DNA of 64,000 nt from Octopus sinensis (Eukaryota), in assembly GCF_006345805.1 (NCBI RefSeq), contig NC_043006.1:9734001-9798000 (forward strand). The letters run 5' to 3'. Below, piece after piece: positions 1 through 12,521 of the stretch. A model generated the notes under the pieces. The model had not been told where the DNA came from, ran no database searches, and saw nothing but the letters and a program-made list of their open reading frames with translations. The translations under genes and the position numbers were made by a program. Position 1 is the first letter of the stretch. Every line of letters begins with the position of its first letter.

Positions 1-127
1 GTTCTTATTTCTCCTTTGACGGGTCTTGTTTTTTTCTTCCTGCACGGTGGCCAGACATTCCTCTCATCACCGAGTAAACTTTGTTGGTTTGCCTGTTCAG
101 TCGTCTGCGACCTGGCCTATCATTACA

Positions 128-214
<87 letters not shown>
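128..214. repeat. (TAC)n microsatellite
   Basis: Pure ACT/TAC run; source of the poly-Y/T/L ORFs at 16-281. Confidence 0.97.
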
Positions 215-633
215 GCTATCGCAATTTCGGCTGATTATGCTTGAGATTGGTCCAATCTCGCCAGCCCCAAGGAAAAACTAAGCTAAGAGCATTAGATTCC
301 TTGGAAAAAAGCAGCAAATGCACACAAAAACAAGGACGGAAAGAACCGACATTGTTACACAAATATAAATATAATAAGAATACAATAAAAATAATAACAG
401 GACATAAAAACAGGTGTCTTTCGACTAAGGACGAATTGAATATATATATATACAAATCATATTTATAAAAGCGATGGCGCTAACAATAACGGCAGTAATA
501 ATAATATTATTAATGACAACGGTGATATTGATAATGGAAATATCTAATCACGGTCGTCCCATGGGGTTCCTCCATTTATAATCAAATATATCTATAGAGC
601 TCTATATTTAAGAGATAAGGAATTATATACAAT

Positions 634-820
634 ATTTACATTATATACAATTGACGGATATTTGTCCTCATATTGTCTGTTGTTAACACAACGTTTCGGC
701 AAATTCCGTAGTGGTTAAGAGCGCAGGCTATAAACCCCAAAATTCCGAGTTCGATTCCAGGCAGTCACATGAATACTACTACTACTACTGCTACTACTAC
801 TACTACTACTACTACTACTG

Positions 821-882
<62 letters not shown>

Positions 883-1026
883 CATCGAAAAATACCTTAG
901 GAATGATTAATTTCCCCAAAACACATGATGAAGGCTGGAGGGTATATCAATCGAAACGTTGTGTTAAAAACAAACAAGATGAGGACAAATATACGTCAAA
1001 ATGTAAATAATGTAAATGATGTAAAT
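634..1026 (+). mobile_element. tRNA-headed SINE-like element with internal (TAC)n/(TAA)n, degenerate hammerhead at its 3' end and an inverted copy of the 3' end at its 5' side
   Basis: A-box-like TAGTGGTTAAGAGC (~709-722), B-box-like GAGTTCGATTCC (747-758); microsatellite 774-878; 634-700 is the reverse complement of ~950-1026; hammerhead-like AACAC-aTGATGA-stemII-GAAACGT-T-GTGTT at 920-965. Confidence 0.75.
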
Positions 1027-1152
1027 ATATCTATCTTTATTAAATTTTAAGAAGAGATGAAGTAGTAACGTATACTAAATTGTACACTAAAGCAAGTAGC
1101 CACATCAACGTGACAGATGAATATTACTACTACTTTAACCCAAGGCAGATTA

Positions 1153-1212
1153 TCCATCAACTGGTTTTCGGTGAAAGCTCGGCAGAACTTGCACCGAAAA
1201 CCAGCTGGTGGA
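1153..1212. other. 60-nt hairpin (21-bp stem, one mismatch, one G-U; 18-nt loop)
   Basis: TCCATCAACTGGTTTTCGGTG pairs with CACCGAAAACCAGCTGGTGGA. Confidence 0.8.
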
Positions 1213-1247
<35 letters not shown>

Positions 1248-2058
1248 GGGGGGATATGTATATACGTATACATGTACAAATATAAATGCATAGATTCACT
1301 CATACATGTATATAAGCTCATGCACAAGACATGCACACACACATACATAAGACAACATTCAATTTAATAGTGTTTCTTTATATTACAGTATAATTAAATT
1401 AATGCTCAGATCAAATTCATTTACGTAAAATGACTTTTACATAAGGTGTAGGTGTATATATGTCACATAACATGCGTGCTAAATATACATTCTTTGTTTA
1501 CATTAGCGATGGATTGAGATCTGCCACAGTACGTCATCATAATTGGTGTCTATAGAAAAATTGCGGAATTCTCACAATACATAATAATTCAGTTCATCTC
1601 AATTAATTAATAAGTATTGTTAATTATTGTTCAAAGTTAATATAATAGGCTTAATATAATGTGTATTATCAGAGAAATTTTCCATGTTATTAAGTTATGT
1701 ATAAATATAGAAAAAGGGTATCATATAGAAATCTGGTACATTACGTCATCATAATCCGTATCTATGACTACGAAGCATATTCGGTGCATAATGATTCAGT
1801 TAATCTCAATAAATTCATGAATAATTGTTATTAATTAGTTTTTAATTTTTTTTTAATTAGGATTTTAATTATTAATGTAAGGTTGAATATAGTATGTATT
1901 ATAAGAGATATAATCTAGGTATAATATTATGTTACGTAGAAGATATATAATAAACAAATTACATTAGCGGAATGGATACAGAAAATTCTTCTAATAAATG
2001 AGTACATATTAATTTTAATATATTATATCAACATGTAAAATGCCCCTAATCTATTATT

Positions 2059-2165
2059 AAATAACACTAATCAATTATATCTAAAGATAAAATAACACTA
2101 ATCAATTATATCTAAAGATAAAATAACACTAATCAATTATAACTAAAGATAAAATAACCCTAATT
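2059..2165. repeat. 31-bp minisatellite, ~3.4 copies
   Basis: AAATAACACTAATCAATTATATCTAAAGATA repeated contiguously at 2059, 2090, 2121, partial at 2152. Confidence 0.9.
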
Positions 2166-2873
2166 TATTTCATCAATAGGTTAAATAACTAATCTATTAT
2201 TTCAGTAAGTGAAATGCCCCCTAAATATTGAAGGATATGAATAGATTAATAGTTTAATATAACCATATGATAATTAAGGTTAGAGAAACTAAATTTTGCT
2301 ATGTGAACAAAAGCCTTTGTTTTCTTTTCTTTGGTTAAGTAAATTATTCCTAAATGTAAGGGTTTTATATGCCTCTTCTGTATACAACTCACATCGTTTG
2401 TTTGAGATTTTATATGAATTAGCATAATTAAAAATGTCCATCTAGGATTTAATTCAATGTTATTATCCTATAATTCCCATAAGAAGTTACTTCATCCTGT
2501 AGAGTCTATTTTAAAGCTTTGTAATTGGTTAGCGACCTTAATCTTTATTTTTTTTTTATGTTGACCCTATATAAAAGAATTTCCTTCCATGAGATTCAAA
2601 TATACATTTGGTAGACTAAGTTATCTTTCTTACATATTTTTAAAAATTTACAATTAGTTTCAACTTTACGGTCACAGGTTTCATTTATGTATGTTTATTG
2701 GAAGAATACTTAAGGAAGGAGTTAATATGTTATTTCCCTTCTGTAATTGAGGTAGATTATGCTGGTGTTGTGATGAATTATTGTAATAAATACTTCTATT
2801 GCTGTAGAAATTATCTAATTTTCGGTTTTTAATAAATCATGAACAGATTGCGAGTTAAAATATAACCGTCCCT

Positions 2874-3029
2874 GAGTGGCTGTGTGGTAAGTAGCTTGCT
2901 AAACAACTACATGGTCCCAGATTCAGTCCCACTGCTTGGCACCTTGGGTAAGTGTCTTCTACTATAACCTCGGGCCGACCAAAGCCTTGTGAATGGATTT
3001 GATAGACGGAAATTGAAAGAAATCCGTCG

Positions 3030-3061
<32 letters not shown>

Positions 3062-3100
3062 CGTGCGTGCGAGTGTGTTTGTGTGTATGTTTGCGTGTGT
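2874..3100 (+). mobile_element. 5' half of tRNA-derived SINE with internal (TA)/(TG) microsatellite (same family as 28473-28905)
   Basis: GAGTGGCTGTGTGGTAAGTAGCTTGC...CAGTCCCACTGC...AAGTGTCTTCTACTATA...GCCTTGTGA matches the reverse complement of 28740-28905. Confidence 0.85.
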
Positions 3101-4127
3101 GACCCCCAAACATCGCTTTTTTTCTTACTAGATCCGTCATATATTTTCTCAGATGGTATAGGTATATCTTTTAAAGATGTATCAATTTCAATTCTCTCCA
3201 TTTTACCAGTGTAGTACTTTTTATTGCTAAATTAATAAATATATGTAAATTATTTAAGTGAATTAGAGGATATATTAGCCTCTTAAAGGGATGATTACAC
3301 TGGTTTATTTAATTTTACTTCATCTTATTCTTTATTTTACTTTATTATATTATATTCAAATTACACCATTATCCCTCAGGCACACACATAAATAAAAAAT
3401 AAAATGATTCCATATATCTAGTCGTTAGGAATGAATAGGTAGGTCAAAATGTAATTCATTAATGGTTAAATTTTCACTGGCGATATTTTCCCCATAACTT
3501 ATAAAGGCAAAGTTAATACATAAGTCTCTAATTTATTGAATGAGTACAAATGAAAACTGCTGTAGGTAGAAATTGTTATCAATATACTAATATAGAAATA
3601 TTAACCACTAACTTTCCATATCCTTCTCATAATTTAATACGAATAATATATTTCATATATATCTACTGATTTAGGGAAATTTTGTTTCCCAAAGACATGA
3701 GATATTGAACCAGTGTTTTCTTGGATCTAATCATCCCTTTAAGACATTAATATATCCTCTAATTAACTTATACATGTGTATCTGTGTGTTTGTGTGCATG
3801 TATGTTTGTATGTGTGCATGTGTGTATGTATGTGTGCATGCATGTATGCATAATATATACGTAATGTGTGTATGTGGATATGTTTGTATGAAGCTATGTG
3901 TATATATAAATATATATATATATATATTAGTTTGATGATATGCATGTGTGTGTGGTACATACATACACATGCACAATCACACGTATACATGTAAATGAAA
4001 GCTTATAAACTTACACGACAAGAAATATAGGGAGAGAAAATTTCAAATTTGAAAGATGTAAAAAAATTCAAAGCATGCGTGCTAGAGGTGGTCACACATT
4101 TTGAGGAGTTGTGAGTGTGTGCACATA

Positions 4128-4191
<64 letters not shown>

Positions 4192-5016
4192 GCCTGTATG
4201 TATGCATACATGTATGTATATACTTTATTCTTTGTAAATCTCTCATCGAGAGACATACAGTAACAGTAACTGAAAGTAAAGATTATTTGCCAATATATAA
4301 ACGACAGATAAAAAAATATATGTATCATACAACGCATGAAAAACCTCACGTCATATATTCTTTCTACCCCTTTGAAGAGAATTTCCCTAATATAATTATT
4401 TTAATAATTGCCATTTAATGTTTTAGGATAAATTCAAACAGCTGTGACTATGTTTGATTTTTGCAGATAGTAAATAAATAAATATCTATTAAATGCTATA
4501 TCTCCATTTACTTACGTTCATTTAGCCTAAAATAATGATTTTTAATAATTGCTATTTAATCTGTTAGGCTTAATTGAAACAGCTGTAAGGGACCAGGTTT
4601 GATTTTTGAAGATAATACATTTTATCAATGCTATATCTTCATTTTCTTAAGTTTGAATTATTATAATCTAAGATATGTGTATGTATGTATATATGCATGT
4701 GTGTATGTATGTATGTATGAGTGTATTTATGCATGTATATATATATATATGCATGGATGTATGTACATAGTAATGTGTGTATGTATGTATTTATGTATGA
4801 AAGTATATATATATATATATATATTAGCTTTGGTAATATCTCTGTGTGCATGGGGTGTGAAGAGCGAGAGACACACCAATGTTTCCGGATTCAGAGATGG
4901 ACATATCACCATCCATCAAGGGAACATGCTAAACTGCTTAATGTCAAGCAATTAAGAAGCAAAAGAACGGTTTGGAGTAGAATGCCTGTTGTAGCCCATC
5001 TTTTATACAAAGTCAA

Positions 5017-5275
5017 AATCTATCTGTCTATCCGCTCAGTCGAAGTCGACTCTCGGTTACTCGATGGATCAGTGTCATCTAGCCAGTTCTATCCTGGGCC
5101 GCTACTTTCAGATTGGCTATGTCCATTCCGGTATCACTCTTGATGGTGTCAAGCCAGCGGGTTCTTGGTCGGCCTCTTCCTCCCTTGCCACTGACCATTC
5201 CGATATTTTCTCCGCATGATATGACCAAAATATGCCAAACTATGCTTAAACACTTCCACTCACTTATGAGCATAA
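5017..5275 (-). mobile_element. RTE-clade LINE, decayed 3' end
   Basis: Minus-strand translation YFGHIMRR / GMVSGKGGRGRPRTRWLDTIKSDTG...AAQDR resembles the C-terminus of RTE ORFs; stop near 5028-5030 followed by short repeat tail. Confidence 0.8.
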
Positions 5276-5305
5276 ACCATAAGAGCTAGCGTCTGGTACG
5301 GCAAT

Positions 5306-5355
<50 letters not shown>

Positions 5356-5572
5356 TATTATTTAGTTTATTTGAACATTAAATGCTGAGTTTCTAGTCGA
5401 ACACGGCGGTAAAGTACAAATACTAGACTCTTGTGTTTATCACAATTCTTCCAACTTTCGTGCTATATGTCATAATTTGTAATAACACTTATTAGTAACC
5501 ACTCTGGAATCAGTCCTGTTAATGATAGACTATATGGTGTTTTAAGATGAACTGTAGTAATTGAATGTCTAA

Positions 5573-5606
<34 letters not shown>

Positions 5607-5749
5607 GAGGGCATTATTACACATAAATGCCGCACGCTACTCTATATAATATAAATAAATATATTCAAGTGGAAAAAATTTACAAGTTTTTTTCTCTTAT
5701 GAGAAAACTACTTGATAATTACTTATGAAGATTTTATCCTATTTCTAAA

Positions 5750-7791
5750 TTATGTCAACAGCAACACACCAACCTGACTGCCATCTCGTCGCTAGAGATT
5801 AAAAAACATAAACTCCAAAACAACATGATGTCTATCATCAATAGTCAGCGAAGAGCTGAAAAGGCCTGGGCCATTGAGAAGATCAAACTCAATCCCAAAG
5901 TGTTATTTTCATTTGCAAAAAAACACAGAGTCACTGGTTCTACTGTTGGTCCTCTGATTGATGAAAATGGTACTCTTCAAGACAATGCCAAAACCATGGG
6001 AGAGATATTGCAGAAACAATATTGCTCTGTTTTCAGCAATCCTGATATGACTGATCTGGGCTGTATCAGTGATGTTACTCCCCAATACACTTTATCGGAC
6101 ATAACATTTGGCGCTCCTGATGCCTTAGCAGCAATAAAGGAAATGAACCGTAATTCAGCAGTAGGTCCCGATAGGTTCCCTGCTTGTGTTCTGAAGATGT
6201 GTCAAAACCAACTTGCACCCCCTCTATCCAATCTGTGGCGGAACTCACTGGATGCTGGATATATACCAGAAGACCTTCTATCCCAGACTGTTGTCCCAGT
6301 TTTCAAAAAAGGAAACAAATCGCTTGCCGTGAATTACCGTCCTATCTCACTCACCTCTCATATCATTAAGGTATTTGAGAGAGTGCTCAGATCGCGTATG
6401 ACACACTTCCTTGAGAGTCATAATATGCTGAACTCCAACCAGCATGGATTCCACAATGGAAGAGATTGCCTGACGCAGCTACTGCATCATTTTGATGACA
6501 TTTTGAGAGCCTTGGGAGAGGGTTCCAACACTGATGTCATCTACCTTGATTTCAGCAAGGCCTTTGACAGGGTTGATTATAAGATCCTTCTGAGAAAGCT
6601 GTCCAATATTGCTGTCACTGGAAAGCTGCTGCAGTGGATCAAGTGCTTCTTGTCTAACAGAACCCAACATGTTGTAGTCGAAGGAGTCAAATCCAGCCCA
6701 GCCAAAGTCAGCAGTGGTGTCCCACAAAGCACTGTGTTGGGCCCACTCCTCTTCATCATCTACATAAATGATATTACTGACACCATCAGACACAGTAACA
6801 TCTGAACCTTCGCTGATGATTCCAAGATCCAGAAGGTCATCAATAGCGTGGATGACCGAATAAGCCTTCAGTCAGACCTACTGGCTGTTGTCCAATGGGC
6901 GGAACAGAATAACATGCTGCTAAACGAAGACAAATTCGAAATGATCCACTTTGGAAGGGAAGACGCTCTGAAACTCCCATACTCCCTTCCTTCTGGAGAA
7001 ATTCTCATGGCGTCCAACAATATCAGAGACTTGGGAGTAACAGTGGAAAACAACATAAGCTGGGCTACACATATAAGCAGCAAAGTTGACATGGCCCGCA
7101 GAATGTGTTCCTGGATTCTCAGAACCTTCCAGTCGAGAAATTCCCACACTATTATCGTTCTCTTCTCCACTTTTGCCCGACCCCATCTTGAATACTGCTG
7201 TCCACTGTGGTCTCCCTACACAAAACAAAATATTATGAGAATTGAAGCTCCCCAAAGGTCAATCACAAAAAAGATAGATGGCATGTCAGACCTTGACTAC
7301 TTGGGTAGACTAGAGAAGCTGAAACTGTATTCACTCCAACGACGCCGTGAACGCTACATTATCTGTATGATGTGGAAAATATTCCATCAGCACTGTCCGA
7401 ATGATGTTGGCATCACCTTCAAAATACATCCAAGACTTGGACCACGTGCCATCCGTCCACAACAAAAATCTAAATCGCATCACATAACGACAATACGGCA
7501 CAACTATTTCACCTCAATTGGACCCGCTCTCTTCAACATTACAGCAGGACACATAAAAAAAGAAACTGACCACACAAAATTCAAGAAGTCTTTGGACAAA
7601 TTACTTCAAACAGTCCCGGACAAACCACCCACAACCGGATATGTCTCCGCAAACAATATCTCTCTGCTCGAATGGGCCTTGGTGCCCAAATCCTGAATTG
7701 AAAGACTTCGCCAGGTGGTGCTATTAAGTTAGACATGGCCTGGGCCAATACTGGCCAAAACCTTTCTAAGTTATTCTAAGTTATATATATA
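5750..7791 (+). mobile_element. 5'-truncated LINE (CR1/L2-type RT), family A copy 1; ORF2 broken by one in-frame stop
   Basis: ORFs 5825-6805 and 6848-7696 are in the same frame, split by TGA 6803-6805 just before TFADD (6806-6820); motifs NYRPISLTS, QHGF, YLDFSKAFDRV, GVPQSTVLGPLLF; 3' tail (TTCTAAGTTA)2 running into (TA)n. Confidence 0.95.
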
Positions 7792-7795
7792 TATA

Positions 7796-7826
<31 letters not shown>

Positions 7827-7829
7827 TAT

Positions 7830-9706
7830 ACTTGATACTTTGATACTTTGATAGGTTTCGGCCATTATTGGCCCAGGCCATGTCTAACTTAATAGCACCA
7901 CCTGGTGAAGTCTTTCAAGTCAGAATTTGGGCACTATGGCCCACTCAAGTAGAGAGTTATTGTTTACAGAGACATATCCGGGTGTAGGGGGTTTATCCGG
8001 GATTTCTTGAAGGAATCTGTCCAAAGACTTCTTGAACCCTATAGGGTCAGTTTCTGTTTTAATGCGTTTTGGTGTAATGTTAAGAGAGCGGGGCCAATTG
8101 AGGTGAAATAATTGTGCCGTATTGTTGTTATGAGATGAGAGTGCGATTTTTGTTTTGGGCGGATGGCACGGGGCCCAAGCCTTGGATGTACCTTAAAGGT
8201 GATGCCAACATCATTTGGGCAATGCTGATGGAATATTTTCCACATCATGCAGATGATGTAGCGCTCACGACGACGTTGGAGAGAATAGAGTTTTAGCTTT
8301 TCTAGTCGACCCCAATAGTCGAGGCCTGTCATGCCATCTATCTTTTTTGTGATTGCCCTTTGAGGTGCTTCGACTTTTATGATACCTTGTATTGTGTGGG
8401 GAGACCACAGTGGACAACAGTATTCAAGGTGGGGTCGGGCAAAAGTGGAGAAGAGAAGGATAATGGTGTGGATATCTCTCGACTGGAAAGTTCTGAGAAT
8501 CCAGGAACACATTCTGCGGGCCATGTCAACTTTGGTGTTTATATGAGTGGCCCAGCTTACGTTGTTGTCCACAATTACTCCCAAGTCTCTGATGTTGTTG
8601 GACGCCGTGAGAGTTTCACCTGAAGGAAGGGAGTATGGGAGTTTCAGGGCATCCTCTTTTCAAAGTGGATTAGCTCAAATTTATCCTCGTTCAGCAGCAT
8701 ATTGTTTTTTTCTGCCCATTGGATAACAGCCAGTAGATCTGACTGAAGGCATGTCCGGTCACTCGCCTCATTTATGACCTTCTGTAGCTTGGAGTCATCT
8801 GCAAAGATTTTTATGTTGCTGTGCTTGATGATGTCATTAATGTCATTAATGTAAATGATGAAAAGAAGTGGGCCCAGCACAGTGCCTTGCGGAACGCCAC
8901 TACTGACTTTGGCTGGGCTTGATTTTACCCCTTCAACTACAACATGTTGAGATCTGTCTGTCAGGAAACACTTAATCCATTTCAGTAACTTTCCAGAGAC
9001 ACCAATGTTGGATAGTTTTTTCAATAGGATCTTGTGATCGACCCTGTCGAAGGCCTTACTGAAATCAAGGTAGATGACATCGGTGTTGGAGCCCTCTCCC
9101 AAAGCTCTCAAAATGTCCTCAAAGTGATGCAGGAGCTGCGTTAGGCAGTCCCTTCCATACGGAACCCATGTTGGTTGGAGATCAGCCGTCTGTTGCTTTC
9201 CAGAAATTGGGTTATTTGAGATCTCACCCCCTCTCAAATACCTTGATGATATGAGAGGTGAGTGAGATCGGACGGTAATTCACTGCAAGGGACTTGTTTC
9301 CCTTTTTGAAAACTGGGACAACAGACTGGGACAGAAGGTTTTTTGGAATATAGCCAGCATCCAGTGAGTTTCTCCACAGATTAGCAAGGGGAGATGCAAG
9401 TTGGTGTCGACACACCTTCAGGACACAAGCAGGGAACCTATCGGGGCCTACTGCTGAATTGTGTTTTATTTCGTTTATCGCCGCTAAGACATCAGGGGCA
9501 CTAAACGTTATGTCCGATATAGTGTGTTGGGGGTTGACATCACTGATACAGCCCAGATCGGCCATATCAGGATTGCTGAAAACAGAGCAGTATTGTTTCT
9601 GCAGTATCTCGGCCATGGATTTGGCATTATCTTGGAGAGTGCCAGTTTCGTCAATTAGAGGGCCTACAGTGGAGACAGTGACCCTGCGTTTCTCGCAAAT
9701 GAAAAT
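7830..9706 (-). mobile_element. 5'-truncated, frameshifted LINE, family A copy 2 (related subfamily)
   Basis: Minus-strand ORFs 9224-9616, 8644-9237, 8039-8584 carry NYRPISLTS, YLDFSKAFDRV, GVPQGTVLGPLLF, IFADD; stop at 7920-7922; tail (ATCAAAGT)n; (TA)n on both sides. Confidence 0.95.
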
Positions 9707-9970
9707 ATATATATATATACATATACATACATATATATATACTTATATATATATATAGATATATACATATATACATATATATATATATACGTATATATAT
9801 ACATATACATATGTATATACATATATATATACATATACATACATATATATATACATATACATTTGTATATACATATATATATATACATATAAATACATAT
9901 ATATATACATATACATACATATATATATATATATACATATATACATATATATATACATATATATATATAT

Positions 9971-10020
<50 letters not shown>

Positions 10021-10118
10021 ATATATATACATATACATTTGTATATACATATATATATATACATATAAATACATATATATATACATATACATACATATAT
10101 ATATATATATACATATAA

Positions 10119-10199
<81 letters not shown>

Positions 10200-10201
10200 C
10201 A
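9705..10201. repeat. ~500-bp compound (TA)n/(TACA)n microsatellite
   Basis: Direct inspection; source of the YI/IY-rich ORFs. Confidence 0.95.
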
Positions 10202-11330
10202 TACGCGAACCTCTCCGTTGGCTATGTTGAAACCCATATATTTTCAAGATTCACCTATCCCACTCCCAAACTATACGGTCGCTATCTCAATGACTGTATC
10301 GATGCGGCCTCACTCTCCCGCGAACAAGTAGAATGCTTCCTCACTTTTGTCCAATCTGTTCACCCTGCCCTCGAATTCTCCTGCACTATTTCCAACACTT
10401 CCTTCGCCTGTTTCCCTCACCTACCACCACTCCACCTTTCCCCTCTAACGCATCATTCTCAAAGCCTTCAGGCGACTCCAGTACGACTCCTCCACTTCGA
10501 ACATCGAACCCAACCTATGCTTTACCTCCTTCAATCGAGCCCACAATTTACGCTCCCGCCTACGCTGATGCACTTTCCCCTAACTCTCCAATACCACTAG
10601 TCCCACAAGCAACCATCATCGTCACTATCATAACACTATCATAAACTTCACTTCTAGCAACGGCATTTTCTTCATCTCCAGCTTTATCTGCACTTCTTTG
10701 TACATCGGTCAAACGGGATGCGGGTTAGCTGACTGGTTTGCGGAGCACCATCGAGACATCAGACTCAGGAGTGACACAACGGCCTCGTGCCATTTGCGCT
10801 CTACCGGCCATTCATAACGGCACGTGTCTGTGTTCGGATTGTCTTAGCACAGGGACCCCGCCTCCGTCGCACGCAGGAATTAATTTTCTTTCTTCGCTCC
10901 TTTGCCCCATATGGGTTCAACTCCCTTCCCCTCCCTACCCATCTCTCCTTTCCTCTCTTGCCCTGACACCAACTTGCTCTCTTCACTTCAACCCACCTTC
11001 TCACATTGATTTTCCTTCTATCCCCACTCCACCCACACACACTTACGCACTTTTACATACACATACGGGCGCGCACCTTCGTTTTGGGTCACCGGTACTT
11101 TATTTTCCCCCCTTCTTCCTACCTCTCGTGTCCAACTACCTTTTTTCTAAACAGACGTCATGATTGACCACTAAATCCCCAAGTTTATTTTATCCTCTCC
11201 CTGTTTAATTACTTGTGTTCCTTTCTGCTGAAGACCGTAGATCCGAAACAAAATATTTCTTCACCTTCCTGAGCGTAAAACTAATACACCTGCTTGTTGT
11301 TTATAACATGTCAGCGTGTTTTCTTTTCCA
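10202..11330 (+). mobile_element. Decayed 5'-truncated Penelope-like element (RT C-terminal part, GIY-YIG endonuclease, 3' pLTR)
   Basis: From 10202: [14 protein letters not shown]...[12 protein letters not shown] (degenerate RYIDD motif)...VHPALEFS; 10701-10760 YIGQTG..LAD.FAEH.RDI; ~10878-10925 ELIFFLRSFAPYGFNS; degenerate hammerhead CTGAAGA 11228-11234 / GAAAC 11245-11249. Confidence 0.88.
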
Positions 11331-11339
11331 GTAGATTTC

Positions 11340-11375
<36 letters not shown>

Positions 11376-12521
11376 ATATTATTATTCCTGAAAGTGTGCA
11401 TAAATATATTTCAGGCTACAGCTGACAAATTAAGTAGTGTAATACTGACAGACACAAATTTAAATATATATCAACTGAGACATCTGATGATTGAAATAGA
11501 AGCCAACTTTTCAATTCGCACCTAAATAATTATCCTTCATTTCTATTGTTTTCAACAAACTTCAATATTGCACTCATACATACAAACACACACACATACA
11601 TAGATACATACATACATATATATGTGTGTTTGTGTGTGTGTGTGTGTGGTGTGTGTGTGTGTGTGTGTGTGTATAAATCGAAATATATATATATATATAT
11701 ATGAGTAACATATATTTATTAGTTCATTCTGTCTTATATTTCATACTAGTCCCCTGCTTCCAGTTATTTTCGACTATATTACCTCTCGGATAATAATCTC
11801 AAAAATCAATAAAAGCGATTTTTTTTTGTTTTTAATTTCAGCTTAGTCTTTGACATCTATGCAATTTTAAAAACTGAACTTTAACTCTTTTACAAATAAC
11901 TTCACGATGAATATATAATAGCATAAGATGTTATAATGCTATTAACTCTTTCTACTCTATATAACATTGTCATATGAGGTAATTTAGGTTTTGAATGTTC
12001 AAGCGAAAAGTACAAAGAACCTGATTTGTTCTTACATATCTTTAAAATGAAGGTGCATGTATTAATACAAAACATACCTTGAGAAGTGGTCTACACGATA
12101 TTCTGTTCTTACTTATGCTCCCTCAAAATAACGTGATTCATTGTGACATACTCCAAATAATATAACTGTCGTATCGCACGTTCGACGTACGATATAACGG
12201 GATAATAAATAACATTCTCGTAAATTATTCAGCTCAAGATCCTCAATGCTTGTAATTATTGTCGACAATACGCAACTCTCGTCTTTACACAGATTTTTTT
12301 TATTATATCCACAAGGGCCCAAAATAGAGGGGGGACAATCAAGAACAGACAGGACACTACGAGGGGACAACACATAGAACGAATATGAATGAGATGATTA
12401 TATAATAATGAGATTATGAATGGTTGCATGCACCCCTCATCACATGCAGTACCATTAATCTTGTTTACAATCAGTTATTATCGGATATTTAAATAACAAT
12501 TAATTAACATGTAACATACCG

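Noticed and set aside
16-281. Poly-Y/T/L ORFs and the many YI/IY, VC/CV, HT/TH-rich ORFs across the window
   Set aside because: Translations of (TAC)n, (TA)n, (TG)n and (CATA)n microsatellites; no coding signal.
2059-2165. 31-bp repeats as a CRISPR-like array
   Set aside because: Units are contiguous with no spacers; eukaryotic context; no cas genes.
2200-2850. Possible very decayed Penelope RT on the minus strand
   Set aside because: Only faint motif echoes across several frames; cannot be supported without a profile search.
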